Part shown: positions 37,084-48,299 of the stretch, one piece after another
Position numbering within the stretch: position 1 is the first letter of the stretch
Layout: the number at the start of each line of letters is the position of its first letter
NCBI GenBank assembly: GCA_018241185.1
Contig: JAFEEH010000195.1
Span: 19,308 to 83,307, forward strand
Direction: 5' to 3'
DNA: 64,000 nt
Origin: Pseudomonadota bacterium
Lineage (GTDB): Bacteria > Pseudomonadota > Gammaproteobacteria > Burkholderiales > Burkholderiaceae_C
Translations under genes and position numbers: made by a program
The notes under the pieces: model-generated
What the model was told of the DNA's origin: nothing
Seen by the model: the letters and a program-made list of their open reading frames with translations, nothing else
The model's database searches: none

Positions 37084-38013
37084 TCAGGCGCCCGCCCAGC
37101 GGACACGGTCCGGGTGCTGCAGCAGCACGAACTCGCCCTGCAGGCGCTCGAAGAACTTGAGTGAACTGGCGTGCTTGCCCAGCAGCCTGGCGGCGCGCAG
37201 CGCCTGCACCACGTCGTTGAGCGCGAGTTCGGCACCGCTGCGAAGCGCAGGCGCGGCGTCGAGCACGGCCTGCGCGGCGGCGCTCGGCGCCGGCGGCGCG
37301 GCCGTGACCGTGCGCTCCGCACGGGTCCTGGGGGCCCGGGGCGCCTCGGGTGCCTCTGTCGGCTCCGCCGTCTTGCGCGCGGCTGTCTTGCGCGCCGCCG
37401 TCTTGCGGGCCGGGGCGGGCGCAGCGGCTGGCGCGTCGGGGAGGTGGGTGGGCTCGACCGGCTCCGCCGCGCGGCCGGCGGTGGGCGCATCCCCGCGCCG
37501 GGCGGCGGTCTTCCGGGCGGCGGTCTTGCGCGCCGGACGGGCCGGCGGCGCGTCGGCCGGTGCCGCCGCCGTGCCGGCGCCCTTGTGCTTCAGGTCGATG
37601 AAATGGTCGTAGGCGGCGCGCGTCTCCTCGCCGGTCTTGCCCTGCTGGCCGATGCCGCAGACGCGGCAGCCCTTCTCGCGCAGCCGGTTCACCAGTGGCG
37701 CGAAGTCGGAATCGGAGGACACCAGGTAGACCAGGTGTGGCCGTTCGGCCATGACCAGGTCCATCGCGTCCACCGCCAGCGCGATGTCGGTGCTGTTCTT
37801 GCCTGCCGCCAGGTTGACCATGGGCCGCATCGACAGGCGCTTGAAGAGCTGCTGATGCTTGAGCGCGACCTCGGCCGTGCAGTACGCCCGGCGCACATGC
37901 AGGTGCCCGTGCTCGGCGATCACGCCGCGCACGGCCTGCTCCATCACGTCGGCCGAGACGTTGTCGGCGTCGACCAGGAGCATGACCTTGTGACCATTGA
38001 GCGCGGCGTTCAT
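37084..38013 (-). CDS. NYN (LabA/DUF88, PIN-like) domain protein with basic linker
   Basis: [35 protein letters not shown]. Confidence 0.88.
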   Translation of the reverse strand: MNAALNGHKVMLLVDADNVSADVMEQAVRGVIAEHGHLHVRRAYCTAEVALKHQQLFKRLSMRPMVNLAAGKNSTDIALAVDAMDLVMAERPHLVYLVSSDSDFAPLVNRLREKGCRVCGIGQQGKTGEETRAAYDHFIDLKHKGAGTAAAPADAPPARPARKTAARKTAARRGDAPTAGRAAEPVEPTHLPDAPAAAPAPARKTAARKTAARKTAEPTEAPEAPRAPRTRAERTVTAAPPAPSAAAQAVLDAAPALRSGAELALNDVVQALRAARLLGKHASSLKFFERLQGEFVLLQHPDRVRWAGA

Positions 38014-39044
38014 GCGAGCTTCCAGTTCAGCGTCTCGCCGCCACGCAGCGGCTTGAGCGTGGCTTCGCCGAAAGGCACGGTTTCGGGCACGGTCCACATT
38101 TCGCGCTTCAGGGTGATGGTGTCGGTGTTGCGCGGCAGGCCGTAGAAGTCGGGGCCGTGGAAGCTGGCGAAGCCTTCCAGCCTGTCGAGCGCGCCGGCGT
38201 TGTCGAAGGCCTCGGCGTACAGCTCGATGGCGGTGAGCGCGGTGTAGCAGCCGGCGCAGCCCAGGGCGTTTTCCTTCAGCACGGCCGGGTGCGGTGCGCT
38301 GTCGGTGCCGAGGAAGAAGCGCGGGCTGCCGCTGGTGGCTGCCTCGACGAGCGCGACGCGGTGCGTCTCGCGCTTGAGCACCGGCAGGCAGTAGTAGTGC
38401 GGACGGATGCCGCCGGTGAAGATGGCATTGCGGTTGTAGAGCAGGTGGTGCGCCGTGATGGTCGCCGCCGTGAAGTTGCCGCCGGCGTCGCGCACGTAGT
38501 GCGCGCCTTCCTTCGTCGTCAGGTGCTCGAAGACGATCTTCAGCTCGGGGAAGTCGCGGCGCAGCGGGATCAGCACGCGGTCGATGAAGACGGCCTCGCG
38601 GTCGAAGAGGTCGACGCTCGGGTCGGTCACCTCGCCGTGCACCAGCAGCAGCAGGCCGTGCTTCTGCATCGCCTCGAGCGTGGCGTAGGTCTTGCGGATT
38701 TCGGTCACGCCGGCATCGCTGTTGGTGGTGGCGCCGGCCGGGTAGAGCTTGAGTGCCTTCACGCCGGCCGCGGCGGCGCGGGCGATCTCCTCGGGCGGCA
38801 GCTTGTCGGTGAGGTAGAGCGACATCACCGGCTCGAAGCGGGCGTCCGCGGGCATGGCGGCGAGGATGCGATCGCGGTATTCGACGGCCAGCTGCGCGGT
38901 GGTCACGGGCGGGCGCAGGTTGGGCATGATGAGCGCGCGGCCCATCTGGCGCGCGGTGTGCGGCACCACGTCGCCCATGGCGGCGCCATCGCGCACGTGC
39001 AGGTGCCAGTCGTCGGGGCGGGTGATGGTGAGGGTGTCGGTCAT
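38010..39044 (-). CDS. pyrC: Dihydroorotase
   Basis: [49 protein letters not shown]. Confidence 0.97.
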   Translation of the reverse strand: MTDTLTITRPDDWHLHVRDGAAMGDVVPHTARQMGRALIMPNLRPPVTTAQLAVEYRDRILAAMPADARFEPVMSLYLTDKLPPEEIARAAAAGVKALKLYPAGATTNSDAGVTEIRKTYATLEAMQKHGLLLLVHGEVTDPSVDLFDREAVFIDRVLIPLRRDFPELKIVFEHLTTKEGAHYVRDAGGNFTAATITAHHLLYNRNAIFTGGIRPHYYCLPVLKRETHRVALVEAATSGSPRFFLGTDSAPHPAVLKENALGCAGCYTALTAIELYAEAFDNAGALDRLEGFASFHGPDFYGLPRNTDTITLKREMWTVPETVPFGEATLKPLRGGETLNWKLA

Positions 39045-39091
39045 GGCGGCGATTCTCCCATCGCGCACCGCGCCGCCTCGCGCGTCGTGCT

Positions 39092-39154
39092 TTCGAATGA
39101 AAAGTGGCCACAACACCCGCCAGCCGGTCGCCGACAGCTATCTTTTCGATAGCA
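39092..39154. repeat. Family B repeat copy 3
   Basis: TTCGAATGAAAAGTGGCC...CAGCTATCTTTTCGATAGCA. Confidence 0.7.
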
Positions 39155-39163
39155 AACGAAGTG

Positions 39164-39631
39164 TCAGGACACGAGCGTGTGCAGGCTGGCGCGCGGCTGC
39201 GTGCCATCGACCCACAGCGCGCCCGCCGAGATGGGCAGCGTGAAGCGGCGTGGTCCGGCGCTGCCGGGATTGACAAAGAGCACGCCACCGCGCGACTGCA
39301 CCAGCGGCTTGTGCGAGTGGCCCGACAGCACGACCTGCACGCCCTCGGCCGCGGGGTCGATGGCCAGTTGCCCGAGGTCGTGCAGCAGGTGGATGCGCAC
39401 GCCCGCGATGTCGAGCGTGTGCTGCTCGGGCAACGCCTCGGCCCAGGGGCCGTGGTCGTTGTTGCCGCGCACGGCCGTCACGGGCGCGATGCGGCCGAGC
39501 GCCTCCAGCACCTCGGGCCCGCAGATGTCGCCCGCATGCAGGATGTGCGCGCAGCCGGCGAGCCAGGCCGCCGCCTCGGGCCGCAGCAGGTTGTGCGTGT
39601 CGGCAATGAGGCCGATGCGGGTCGTGGGCAT
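39164..39631 (-). CDS. YfcE/MJ0936-like metallophosphoesterase
   Basis: IGLIADTH, ILHAGD, AVRGNND, SGHSH, NPGS. Confidence 0.92.
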   Translation of the reverse strand: MPTTRIGLIADTHNLLRPEAAAWLAGCAHILHAGDICGPEVLEALGRIAPVTAVRGNNDHGPWAEALPEQHTLDIAGVRIHLLHDLGQLAIDPAAEGVQVVLSGHSHKPLVQSRGGVLFVNPGSAGPRRFTLPISAGALWVDGTQPRASLHTLVS

Positions 39632-39803
39632 GCGGCCGACCGTAGCGCGCGCCGGCCGGTCTGGCAATGCGCGCGGCTGTCGCCAAGGCGCGGCCGGCTA
39701 AGGAAAGCCCCCATGCAATGCGGGGGCGGCGGCCCTTACGATCGCGCGTCGATTCTTTTTCAACCGGGCGGTTGGAAATCCCCCGCAGCCGCCCTCGCCT
39801 CCC

Positions 39804-40364
39804 ATGTCCTCCCCCCCCGAGTCCGGCGCCCAGCTGGACGCCGCCAGCCCCCTGCCCCCCGACATCGAAGCCGCCGACGAACCCGTGAAGGTGCCGCTGG
39901 CGATCGAGGACTGGGCCACGGTGGTCATCATGGCTTTGCTGGCCTGCATCACCTTCGCCAACGTGCTGGTGCGCTACTTCACCGATTCGTCCTTCGCGTG
40001 GACGGAGGAGTTCTCGGTCTTCCTGATGATCCTGCTGGCCATGGTGGGCGGATGCGGTGCGGTGGCACGCGACCGCCATATCCGCATCGAGTACTTCTCG
40101 GGCGAAGGCTCGATGGCGCGCCGGCGGCGCCTGGCGCAGTTCGGTGCCGCCATGGTGGCACTGCTGTTCCTGCTCATGGCCGCGCTGAGCGTGCGCGTCG
40201 TGTGGGACGACTATCGCTTCGAGGAAACCTCGCCGGGCATCGGCGTGCCGCAGTGGTGGTATTCGGTCTGGCTGCCGATCGTGTCGACGGCCATCGCGCT
40301 GCGCGCGATCGGCCTGATGATCCGCCGCGGACGCCAGGTCGACGAGGAGACCCGGGCACCATGA
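39804..40364 (+). CDS. dctQ: TRAP transporter small permease
   Basis: NVLVRY, WTEE, HIRIE; four TM helices. Confidence 0.9.
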   Translation: MSSPPESGAQLDAASPLPPDIEAADEPVKVPLAIEDWATVVIMALLACITFANVLVRYFTDSSFAWTEEFSVFLMILLAMVGGCGAVARDRHIRIEYFSGEGSMARRRRLAQFGAAMVALLFLLMAALSVRVVWDDYRFEETSPGIGVPQWWYSVWLPIVSTAIALRAIGLMIRRGRQVDEETRAP

Positions 40365-41659
40365 TCGCCACCCTGCTCTTCGTCGCCTTCGTGGCGATGA
40401 TGCTGATCGGCGTGCCGATCGGCGCCGCCCTCGGCCTCGCCGGCGCGGCCTGCATCGCGCTCGCCAACGCCGATGCGCAATGGTTCGGACTGCTGGCTGT
40501 GCCGCAGAACTTCTACGCCGGGCTGGGCAAATACCCGCTGCTGGCGATTCCGATGTTCGTGCTGGTGGGCTCGATCTTCGACCGCTCGGGCGTGGCGCTG
40601 CGGCTGGTCAATTTCGCCGTGTCCATCGTCGGGCGCGGGCCGGGGATGCTGCCGCTGGTGACGATCGCGGTGGCGATGTTCATGGGTGGCATTTCCGGAT
40701 CGGGACCGGCCACGGCAGCCGCCGTGGGGGGCGTGATGATCGCGGCCATGGCGCGCGCGGGCTATCCGGCGCCGTTCGCGGCGAGTGTGGTCGGTGCCGC
40801 GGCCGCCACCGACATCCTCATCCCGCCTTCGGTGGCCTTCATCGTGTATTCGGTGCTGGTGCCCAACGCGTCGGTGCCGGCGCTGTTCGCCGCCGGCATG
40901 ATCCCCGGCATCCTGGCAGGGCTGGCGCTGATCGTGCCGGCGGTGTGGCTGGCGCGGCGCCACCGCATGGGTGCGCTGGAAGCGGCGCTGCCGCGGCCCC
41001 CGTTCTGGAAGAGCCTGCGCGAGGCCAGCTGGGGTCTCGCGGCGCCGGTGCTGATCCTGGGCGGCATGCGGCTGGGCTGGTTCACGCCCACCGAGGCGGC
41101 CGTGGTGGCCGTCTTCTACGGGCTGTTCGTGGGCATGGTGGTCCATCGAACCATCGGTGTGCGCGACCTGTTCCCGATCCTGCGCGAGTCGGGCGAGCTG
41201 TCCGCCGTCATCCTGATCGTGGTGTCGCTGGCCGGCATCTTCGCGTACTCGCTGTCCACGCTGGGCGTGATCGATCCCGTCGCGCGCGCCATCACGCAAT
41301 CGGGCCTGGGCGAGTACGGCGTGCTCGCGCTGCTCATTCTTCTGCTGATCACCGTGGGCATGTTCCTCGACGGTGTCTCGATCTTCCTCATCTTCGTGCC
41401 GCTGCTGTGGCCGATCGTGCAGTACTACAAGTGGGACCCGGTGTGGTTCGGCGTGATCCTCACGCTCAAGGTCGCGCTGGGCCAGTTCACGCCGCCGCTG
41501 GCCGTGAACCTGATGGTGTCGTGCCGCATCGCCAACGTGCGCATGGAAGAAACCGTGCGCTGGGTGGGCTGGCTGCTGGTCGCCATGTTCCTGGTGATGG
41601 TCGCCGTCATTGCCTGGCCGCAGCTCGCGCTGTGGCTGCCCCACAAGCTCGGCTATTGA
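40361..41659 (+). CDS. dctM: TRAP transporter large permease
   Basis: LLAIPMF, GISGS..A.AA, LIPPS, FTPTEAA, GQFTPP. Confidence 0.95.
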   Translation: MIATLLFVAFVAMMLIGVPIGAALGLAGAACIALANADAQWFGLLAVPQNFYAGLGKYPLLAIPMFVLVGSIFDRSGVALRLVNFAVSIVGRGPGMLPLVTIAVAMFMGGISGSGPATAAAVGGVMIAAMARAGYPAPFAASVVGAAAATDILIPPSVAFIVYSVLVPNASVPALFAAGMIPGILAGLALIVPAVWLARRHRMGALEAALPRPPFWKSLREASWGLAAPVLILGGMRLGWFTPTEAAVVAVFYGLFVGMVVHRTIGVRDLFPILRESGELSAVILIVVSLAGIFAYSLSTLGVIDPVARAITQSGLGEYGVLALLILLLITVGMFLDGVSIFLIFVPLLWPIVQYYKWDPVWFGVILTLKVALGQFTPPLAVNLMVSCRIANVRMEETVRWVGWLLVAMFLVMVAVIAWPQLALWLPHKLGY

Positions 41660-41681
41660 TTTTTTGGAAGGAGACAACTGC

Positions 41682-42722
41682 ATGAAGCAACTTCGTCGCA
41701 CGCTGCTGGCCCTCGCGGCCGTGGCGACCGCCCTGGGTACTTTCTCGACCGGCGCCGCGGCGCAGGGCGCCTACAAGCCCGAGTACAAGATGTCGCTGGT
41801 GCTGGGCCCGCCCACGCCCTGGGGCATGGCCGGCAAGATCTGGGCCGACCTCGTGAAGGAGCGCACCCAGGGCCGCATCAACATCAAGCTGTACCCCGGC
41901 GTCTCGCTGATCCAGGGCGACCAGACACGCGAGTTTTCCGCGCTGCGCCAGGGCGTGATCGACATGGCGGTGGGCTCGACCATCAACTGGTCGCCGCAGG
42001 TCAAGGAACTGAACCTGTTCTCGATGCCCTTCCTGATGCCCGACTACGCGGCCATCGACGCGCTGACGCACGGCGAGGTCGGCAAGGACATCTTCGCGCG
42101 GCTGGACAAGGCCGGCGTGGTGCCATTGGCCTGGGGCGAGAACGGCTACCGCGAGGTGACGAACTCCAAGCGCCCCATCAAGTCGCCCGACGACCTCAAG
42201 GGCATGAAGCTGCGCGTGGTGGGCTCGCCGATCTTCTCCGACATGTTCAGCGCCATGGGCGCCAACCCGACGCAGATGAGCTGGGCCGACGCGCAGCCTG
42301 CATTGGCCAGTGGGGCGGTGGACGGTCAGGAGAACCCGCTCTTCCTGTTCACGGTGCTGAAGATGCACACCGTGGGCCAGAAGTTCGTCACCACCTGGGG
42401 CTATGTGGCCGACCCGCTGATCTTCGTGGTCAACAAGGAAATCTGGGCCTCTTGGACGCCGGCCGACCAGGCCATCGTGCGCCAGGCCGCCATCGATGCC
42501 GGCAAGCAGGAGATTGCCCTCGCCCGCAAGGGGCTGACCGAGGCCGACAAGCCGCTGCTCAAGGAAATCGCCGGCATGGGTGTGACGGTGACCCAGCTCA
42601 CCCCCGCGGAGCGCGAAGCCTTCGTGAAGATCACGCGCCCGGTCTACGCGAAGTGGAAGGGCACCGTGGGCAACGACCTGGTGACCAAGGCCGAGAAGGC
42701 GATCGCCGCGCGACCGAAGTAA
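41682..42722 (+). CDS. dctP: TRAP transporter solute-binding protein
   Basis: Signal peptide; GENGYR, DLKGMKLRV, VDGQENP. Confidence 0.93.
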   Translation: MKQLRRTLLALAAVATALGTFSTGAAAQGAYKPEYKMSLVLGPPTPWGMAGKIWADLVKERTQGRINIKLYPGVSLIQGDQTREFSALRQGVIDMAVGSTINWSPQVKELNLFSMPFLMPDYAAIDALTHGEVGKDIFARLDKAGVVPLAWGENGYREVTNSKRPIKSPDDLKGMKLRVVGSPIFSDMFSAMGANPTQMSWADAQPALASGAVDGQENPLFLFTVLKMHTVGQKFVTTWGYVADPLIFVVNKEIWASWTPADQAIVRQAAIDAGKQEIALARKGLTEADKPLLKEIAGMGVTVTQLTPAEREAFVKITRPVYAKWKGTVGNDLVTKAEKAIAARPK

Positions 42723-42762
42723 GCGGCGTGGTCTCGCCACCGGGCCACCGCCCGGCCGCGAC

Positions 42763-43107
42763 TCACTTGGCCTTGAGGCCGTGCGGCTCTGAGGCCATGC
42801 TGCTGGCCAGCACCTTGTCGTAGGCCGACTTGGTGAGGTTGATCTTGCAGTACTGATCCAGCTCGGGCTTGATCTTCTCGACGGCCACTTCGTCGAACAC
42901 GGCGTCCTTCTTGCCGTGCTTGCCGTGGCCGACGACGAAGTACACGAACTTGGGCTTGATGGTCTCGTCCATGCCGATGTAGTCGGCGCAGGTGGTCTTC
43001 ACGACCGGCTTCGCGTGCGCGGGCGCAGCGGGTGGCGTCTGCGCCATCGCGGTCGCCGCGAGGGCGGACAGGGACAGGGCGGGGACAAGGGCGAGGAGTC
43101 TGTTCAT
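42763..43107 (-). CDS. hdeA: HdeA-like periplasmic acid-stress chaperone
   Basis: Signal peptide; KPV..TC.D....DE...P, DAV.D, second Cys in QYCK; matches the enteric HdeA pattern from memory. Confidence 0.7.
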   Translation of the reverse strand: MNRLLALVPALSLSALAATAMAQTPPAAPAHAKPVVKTTCADYIGMDETIKPKFVYFVVGHGKHGKKDAVFDEVAVEKIKPELDQYCKINLTKSAYDKVLASSMASEPHGLKAK

Positions 43108-43241
43108 GGTCGTCATTCCTGAGGTCGTCGTTGGGACTGCCGTTGCCGACGTGCGATTCGCGCCAGTTGCGGCTCCGTGCCATCGGAGGACCGGTGCGCC
43201 GGCCACTTCGCTGCATGGCGAGGCCATCGTAGGAATGCGCG

Positions 43242-43257
43242 CTTAGACATCGCTTAA
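43242..43257. promoter_or_regulatory. OmpR-family (PmrA/QseB-like) tandem box at the hdeA-like promoter
   Basis: CTTAG-N6-CTTAA; minus-strand -10 TACGAT at 43231-43226. Confidence 0.5.
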
Positions 43258-43293
43258 ACACCCGGCCCCGATCGGCGTGAGGCGCGCGCCATG

Positions 43294-43320
43294 AAAAACG
43301 CCGGGCACAGGCCCGGCGTT
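43294..43320 (-). terminator. Intrinsic terminator of the glt operon
   Basis: AACGCCGGGC-CTGT-GCCCGGCG followed by a T5 run on the minus strand. Confidence 0.75.
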
Positions 43321-43487
43321 GCGTTGAGACGCCCCAGCGTGCGGCCGCGCGGTTGCACCGGCCGGGCTGACAGGGGTCGGCGGGCGTAGCGAGCGGCCCG
43401 AGGTCGCATCGAGGACCGGAGCCGTACTCACGTACGGCGAGGACCGCAGGTGCGAGATCGCGCTGCGCAGAAGCCCGACGGCCCCTG

Positions 43488-44237
<750 letters not shown>

Positions 44238-44250
44238 GGCTCTTTCCCCT

Positions 44251-44919
44251 TCAACGGATGATGGCGATCTTCTTGTGCAGGCCCTTGACCAGGTAGGACA
44301 GCGAGTAGCACAGGATGAAATACACGACGGCGGCCAGCAGGTAGGCCTCTTCGGGTCGCCCGAAGTTCTTCCCTGCGGTTTCGAAACCCTTGAGCAGGTC
44401 GTAGGCACCGATGGCGTAGACCAGCGAGGTGTCCTGGAACAGGATGATGGTCTGCGTCAGCAGCACGGGCAGCATGTTGCGGAAGGCCTGGGGCAGGATG
44501 ACCAGCGTCATGTTCTGCTTGTAGGTCATGCCCACCGCCATGCCGGCGAAGACCTGGCCGCGCGGGATCGACTGGATGCCCGCGCGCATGATCTCGGAGA
44601 AGTACGCCGCCTCGAAGCAGATGAAGGTGATCACTGCCGAGGTTTCCGCGCCGATGGGCCGCCCGATCACGAAGGGCACCAGCAGAAAGAAGCCCAGGAT
44701 CACCATGACCAGCGGCACCGAGCGCATGCCGTTCACATACGCGGCGGCCGGAAAGTCCAGCCACTTCTTGCCCGACAGGCGCATCAGCGCCAGCAGGGTG
44801 CCGAAGAAGATGCCGCCCAGAGTGGCCACCACCGTGAGAAACACGCTGAAATAGAAGCCTTTCAGCACGTAGGTGCTGATCAGGCTCCAGCTGTAGAAGG
44901 AGAAGTCGAGATTCATCAT
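44251..44919 (-). CDS. gltK: Amino acid ABC permease (GltK-like)
   Basis: [34 protein letters not shown]. Confidence 0.88.
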   Translation of the reverse strand: MMNLDFSFYSWSLISTYVLKGFYFSVFLTVVATLGGIFFGTLLALMRLSGKKWLDFPAAAYVNGMRSVPLVMVILGFFLLVPFVIGRPIGAETSAVITFICFEAAYFSEIMRAGIQSIPRGQVFAGMAVGMTYKQNMTLVILPQAFRNMLPVLLTQTIILFQDTSLVYAIGAYDLLKGFETAGKNFGRPEEAYLLAAVVYFILCYSLSYLVKGLHKKIAIIR

Positions 44920-44920
44920 G

Positions 44921-45679
44921 TCAGTGGCCTCCAGTACCGCCGGCCGCGACGAAGCCCGGCACTCGGAGCTTGCGCTCGATGAAGGTCATGATGCGGTTGA
45001 CCAGCATGGCGCTGATGACGTAGAGCACCACGACGCCGATGTAGATCGGGATCTGGGCCGAGGTCTCCTCCCCGGCCTGCAGGTAGAACTGCGTGAGCTC
45101 GGGGATCGACACCGCGAAGGCCACCGACGAGTTCTTGAAGATGTTCATCGACTCGCTGGTCAGCGGCGGCATGATGATGCGGTAGGCCATCGGCAGCAGC
45201 ACGAAGCGGTAGTACTGCGGCGTCGTGAAGCCCACGGCCATGCCCGCGTAGCGCTGGCCGCGCGGCAGCGCCTGGATGCCCGAACGCAACTGCTCGGCGA
45301 TCCGCGCGGATGTGAAGAAACCGAGCGCGCACACCACCAGCACGAAAGGCGGAAGCTCGCGCATCGGCGGAATCATCTTGGGCAGCACGAAGTACCAGAT
45401 GAACACCTGGACCAGCAGCGGGATGTTGCGGAAGAGCTCCACCCAGGCATTGCCGAACCGCACCAGCCAGGGGCTGTTGGGCAGCGTGCGCAGCGTGCCG
45501 ATGATCGAGCCGACCACCAGCGCCACGAACAGGGCCGTGAGCGCCACGCTCACGGTCCAGCCCCAGGCATTCAGCATCCACTGCAGATAGGTCTGGTCAC
45601 GGCCGCTCGCGAAGCAGCTCGCGATCACTTCATTGGTGAGCGTGTCCTGGCAGAAGACCGACATGTCCAGGTTGAGCAT
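44921..45679 (-). CDS. gltJ: Amino acid ABC permease (GltJ-like)
   Basis: ELFRNIPLLVQ, ARIAEQLRSGI..LP.GQ, FKNSSVA. Confidence 0.88.
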   Translation of the reverse strand: MLNLDMSVFCQDTLTNEVIASCFASGRDQTYLQWMLNAWGWTVSVALTALFVALVVGSIIGTLRTLPNSPWLVRFGNAWVELFRNIPLLVQVFIWYFVLPKMIPPMRELPPFVLVVCALGFFTSARIAEQLRSGIQALPRGQRYAGMAVGFTTPQYYRFVLLPMAYRIIMPPLTSESMNIFKNSSVAFAVSIPELTQFYLQAGEETSAQIPIYIGVVVLYVISAMLVNRIMTFIERKLRVPGFVAAGGTGGH

Positions 45680-45718
45680 CCATCCTCCTTCGCGGGTCAG
45701 GTCCCGCGCCCGTTCATC

Positions 45719-45754
45719 GAAAAGCCCGCGTCGGCAGGAGCGCCGCGCGGGCTT
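45719..45754 (-). terminator. Intercistronic hairpin after the binding-protein gene
   Basis: AAGCCCGCG/CGCGGGCTT stem with short T run on the minus strand. Confidence 0.5.
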
Positions 45755-45777
45755 GGCTTTTCAGCTCGGAAGCCGCT

Positions 45778-46674
45778 TTACTTGGGAGCGTAGGCTTCCA
45801 TCGGCTTGTCGTTCGGGTTGGCCCAGGCCGCCTTGGTGCCTTCCGACGCCGGCATGTTCAGGTTGACGTTGTTCGGCGGAATCGGCTGCGTGAACCACTT
45901 GTCGTACAGCTTGGCCAGCGAACCATCCTTGATCTGGCGCACGATGCTGTCGTCGATGGCCTTCTTCAGCTTGGCGTCGCCCTTGGGCAGCATGCAGGCA
46001 ATCGGTTCGACCGACAGGACTTCGCCGACCATCTTGTAGTCCTTGGGGTTCTTGGACTTGGCGGCATTGGCGGCCAGGATCGAGCCGTCCATCACGAACG
46101 CGTCGGCGCGGCCCGACTCGAGCAGCAGGAAGCTGTCGGCGTGGTCCTTGCCCATGACTTCCTTGAAGTCGATGCCTTCGGCGCGCTTGTTCTTGCGCAG
46201 GGTCTGGACCGAGGTGGTGCCGGTGGTGGTGGCCACCGTCTTGCCCTTCAGGTCAGCGATGCCGTTGATGCCGGAGTTGGCCTTGGTCAGGATGCGCACT
46301 TCTTCCACGTAGGTGGTGTAGGCGAAGTCGACGTCCTTCTGGCGGGCTGTGTTGTTGGTGGTGGAGCCGCACTCGAAATCGATGGTGCCGTTCTGCACCA
46401 GCGGCACGCGGTTCTGGGAGGTGATCACCTGGTAGTTGATGGTCAGCGGCTTGCCGACATCCTTGCTCAGGTCCTTGATGATGTTCTCGGCCATTTCGGT
46501 GTGGAAGCCGACGTACTTGCCGCCACCCAGCGTGAAGGCCAGGCCCGACGAGTCGCGCACGCCGAGGTTGACCGAGCCGCGCTCCTTGATCTTGGCCAGC
46601 GTGTCGGTGGCCTGCGCGAACGCGCCGGTCGCTACGAACGCGGTCACTGCGAGCGCGAGCAATTGCTTTTTCAT
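45778..46674 (-). CDS. gltI: Glu/Asp ABC substrate-binding protein (GltI-like)
   Basis: TLAKIKERG, TSQNRVPLVQNGTID.ECGSTTN, TTGTTS, GRADAF.MD. Confidence 0.88.
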   Translation of the reverse strand: MKKQLLALAVTAFVATGAFAQATDTLAKIKERGSVNLGVRDSSGLAFTLGGGKYVGFHTEMAENIIKDLSKDVGKPLTINYQVITSQNRVPLVQNGTIDFECGSTTNNTARQKDVDFAYTTYVEEVRILTKANSGINGIADLKGKTVATTTGTTSVQTLRKNKRAEGIDFKEVMGKDHADSFLLLESGRADAFVMDGSILAANAAKSKNPKDYKMVGEVLSVEPIACMLPKGDAKLKKAIDDSIVRQIKDGSLAKLYDKWFTQPIPPNNVNLNMPASEGTKAAWANPNDKPMEAYAPK

Positions 46675-46826
46675 GAGAAGACTCCTTGGGAAATGGACAC
46701 TGGGAAACAAAACGAAATTCTAGACACACACTTTTGTTGGGCGCATCGGTAACCACCCCGGTGCACGGCGCACTGAAGGGGACAGCTCGGTGCGGGATCG
46801 GGCGCCCGTCTGGTGCATGGGATCCG

Positions 46827-48299
46827 TCATGACGTCGAAGGCCATGGATTAGCAGCCTCCGTGCCCGTCGGCACGGCCGCTGCAGGAACAGGCGTGGACA
46901 ATCTCACAGGTTGCGTCAGATGTTCGGGCACGAGCAGCGCGTCCATCTGTTCGCGCGTCAGGATGCCCAGCGATTCGGCCACGAGATCGATCGGGCCGCC
47001 GGTGGCCAGCGCCGTCTTGGCGATGAGCGCGGCCTTCTCGTAGCCGATGATGGGATTGAGCGCCGTGACCAGGGTCACCGATTCGCGCACGCGCTTGGCC
47101 AGGAATTCGCGGTTGGCCTCGATGCCGTCCACGCAGTTGCGGCGCAGCGTGCCGCAGGCGTTGCGCAGGTGCTGGATGCTCTTGAACAGGCTCCAGCCCA
47201 TGATCGGCTCGAAGGCATTGAGCTGCAATTGCCCCGCTTCCGACGCCAGCGTCACCGTGATGTCGTTGCCGATGACCTCGAAGGCCACCTGATTCATCAC
47301 CTCCGGGATCACCGGGTTGACCTTGCCCGGCATGATCGACGAGCCCGCCTGGCGCGCCGGCAGGCGGATCTCGCCGAATCCGGCCTGTGGCCCGCTGGAC
47401 AGCAGCCGCAGGTCGTTGCAGGTCTTCGACAGCTTGGTGGCCACGCGCTTGAGCACGCCCGACAGCTGCACGAAGGCGCCGGTGTCCTGCGTCGCCTCGA
47501 TGAGGTTGGCGGCCTGCTTGAGCGGCACGCCGGTCTGCTCGGCCAGGTACTGGCAGGCCAGGTTGGCGTAGCCGTGCGGCGCGTTGATGCCGGTGCCGAT
47601 GGCCGTGGCGCCGAGGTTGATCTCCTCGATGAGCGCACGGGCCTCGCGCACGCGGGCCTCGTCCTCTTCGATCATCACCGCGTAGGTGAGGAACTCCTGG
47701 CCCAGGGTCATCGGCACCGCATCCTGCAGCTGGGTGCGGCCGATCTTCAGGATGTCGCGGAACTCCAGCGCCTTGGCCTCGAAGCCCGCACGCAGGTCAG
47801 CCATCGCCTCCAGCAGGCGGCCCAGCGCGAACCACAGCGCGAGCCGCACGGCCGTGGGGTACACGTCATTGGTGCTCTGCGAGGCGTTGACGTGGTCGTT
47901 GGGATGCAGCACGTCGTAGCGCGCCTTGTCGTGGCCGAGCTTCTCCAGCGCGAGGTTGCAGATCACCTCGTTGGCGTTCATGTTGGTGGAGGTGCCGGCG
48001 CCGCCCTGGATGACGTCGACCACGAACTCGTCCAGCAGCTTGCCCTCGATCAGGTCCTCACAGGCCAGGATGATGGCGCCGGCGCGCTCGCGGCCGAGCG
48101 CACCCAGGTCGGCATTGGCTCGCGCGGCGGCTTTCTTCACGTGCGCCAGTGCACGCACCAGGTCGGGCATGGCGGACACGCGCGTGCCCGAGATCGGGAA
48201 GTTCTCGACCGCGCGGGCCGTGTGCACACCCCAATAGGCCACGCCCGGGATCTGCTTCTCGCCCAGGAAATCATGTTCGATCCGGAAGTTGGATTCCAT
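46827..48299 (-). CDS. aspA: Aspartate ammonia-lyase
   Basis: QGGAGTS.NMNANEV, SQSTND.YPTA, GRTQLQDAVP, GSSIMPGKVNPVIPE. Confidence 0.93.
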   Translation of the reverse strand: MESNFRIEHDFLGEKQIPGVAYWGVHTARAVENFPISGTRVSAMPDLVRALAHVKKAAARANADLGALGRERAGAIILACEDLIEGKLLDEFVVDVIQGGAGTSTNMNANEVICNLALEKLGHDKARYDVLHPNDHVNASQSTNDVYPTAVRLALWFALGRLLEAMADLRAGFEAKALEFRDILKIGRTQLQDAVPMTLGQEFLTYAVMIEEDEARVREARALIEEINLGATAIGTGINAPHGYANLACQYLAEQTGVPLKQAANLIEATQDTGAFVQLSGVLKRVATKLSKTCNDLRLLSSGPQAGFGEIRLPARQAGSSIMPGKVNPVIPEVMNQVAFEVIGNDITVTLASEAGQLQLNAFEPIMGWSLFKSIQHLRNACGTLRRNCVDGIEANREFLAKRVRESVTLVTALNPIIGYEKAALIAKTALATGGPIDLVAESLGILTREQMDALLVPEHLTQPVRLSTPVPAAAVPTGTEAANPWPSTS

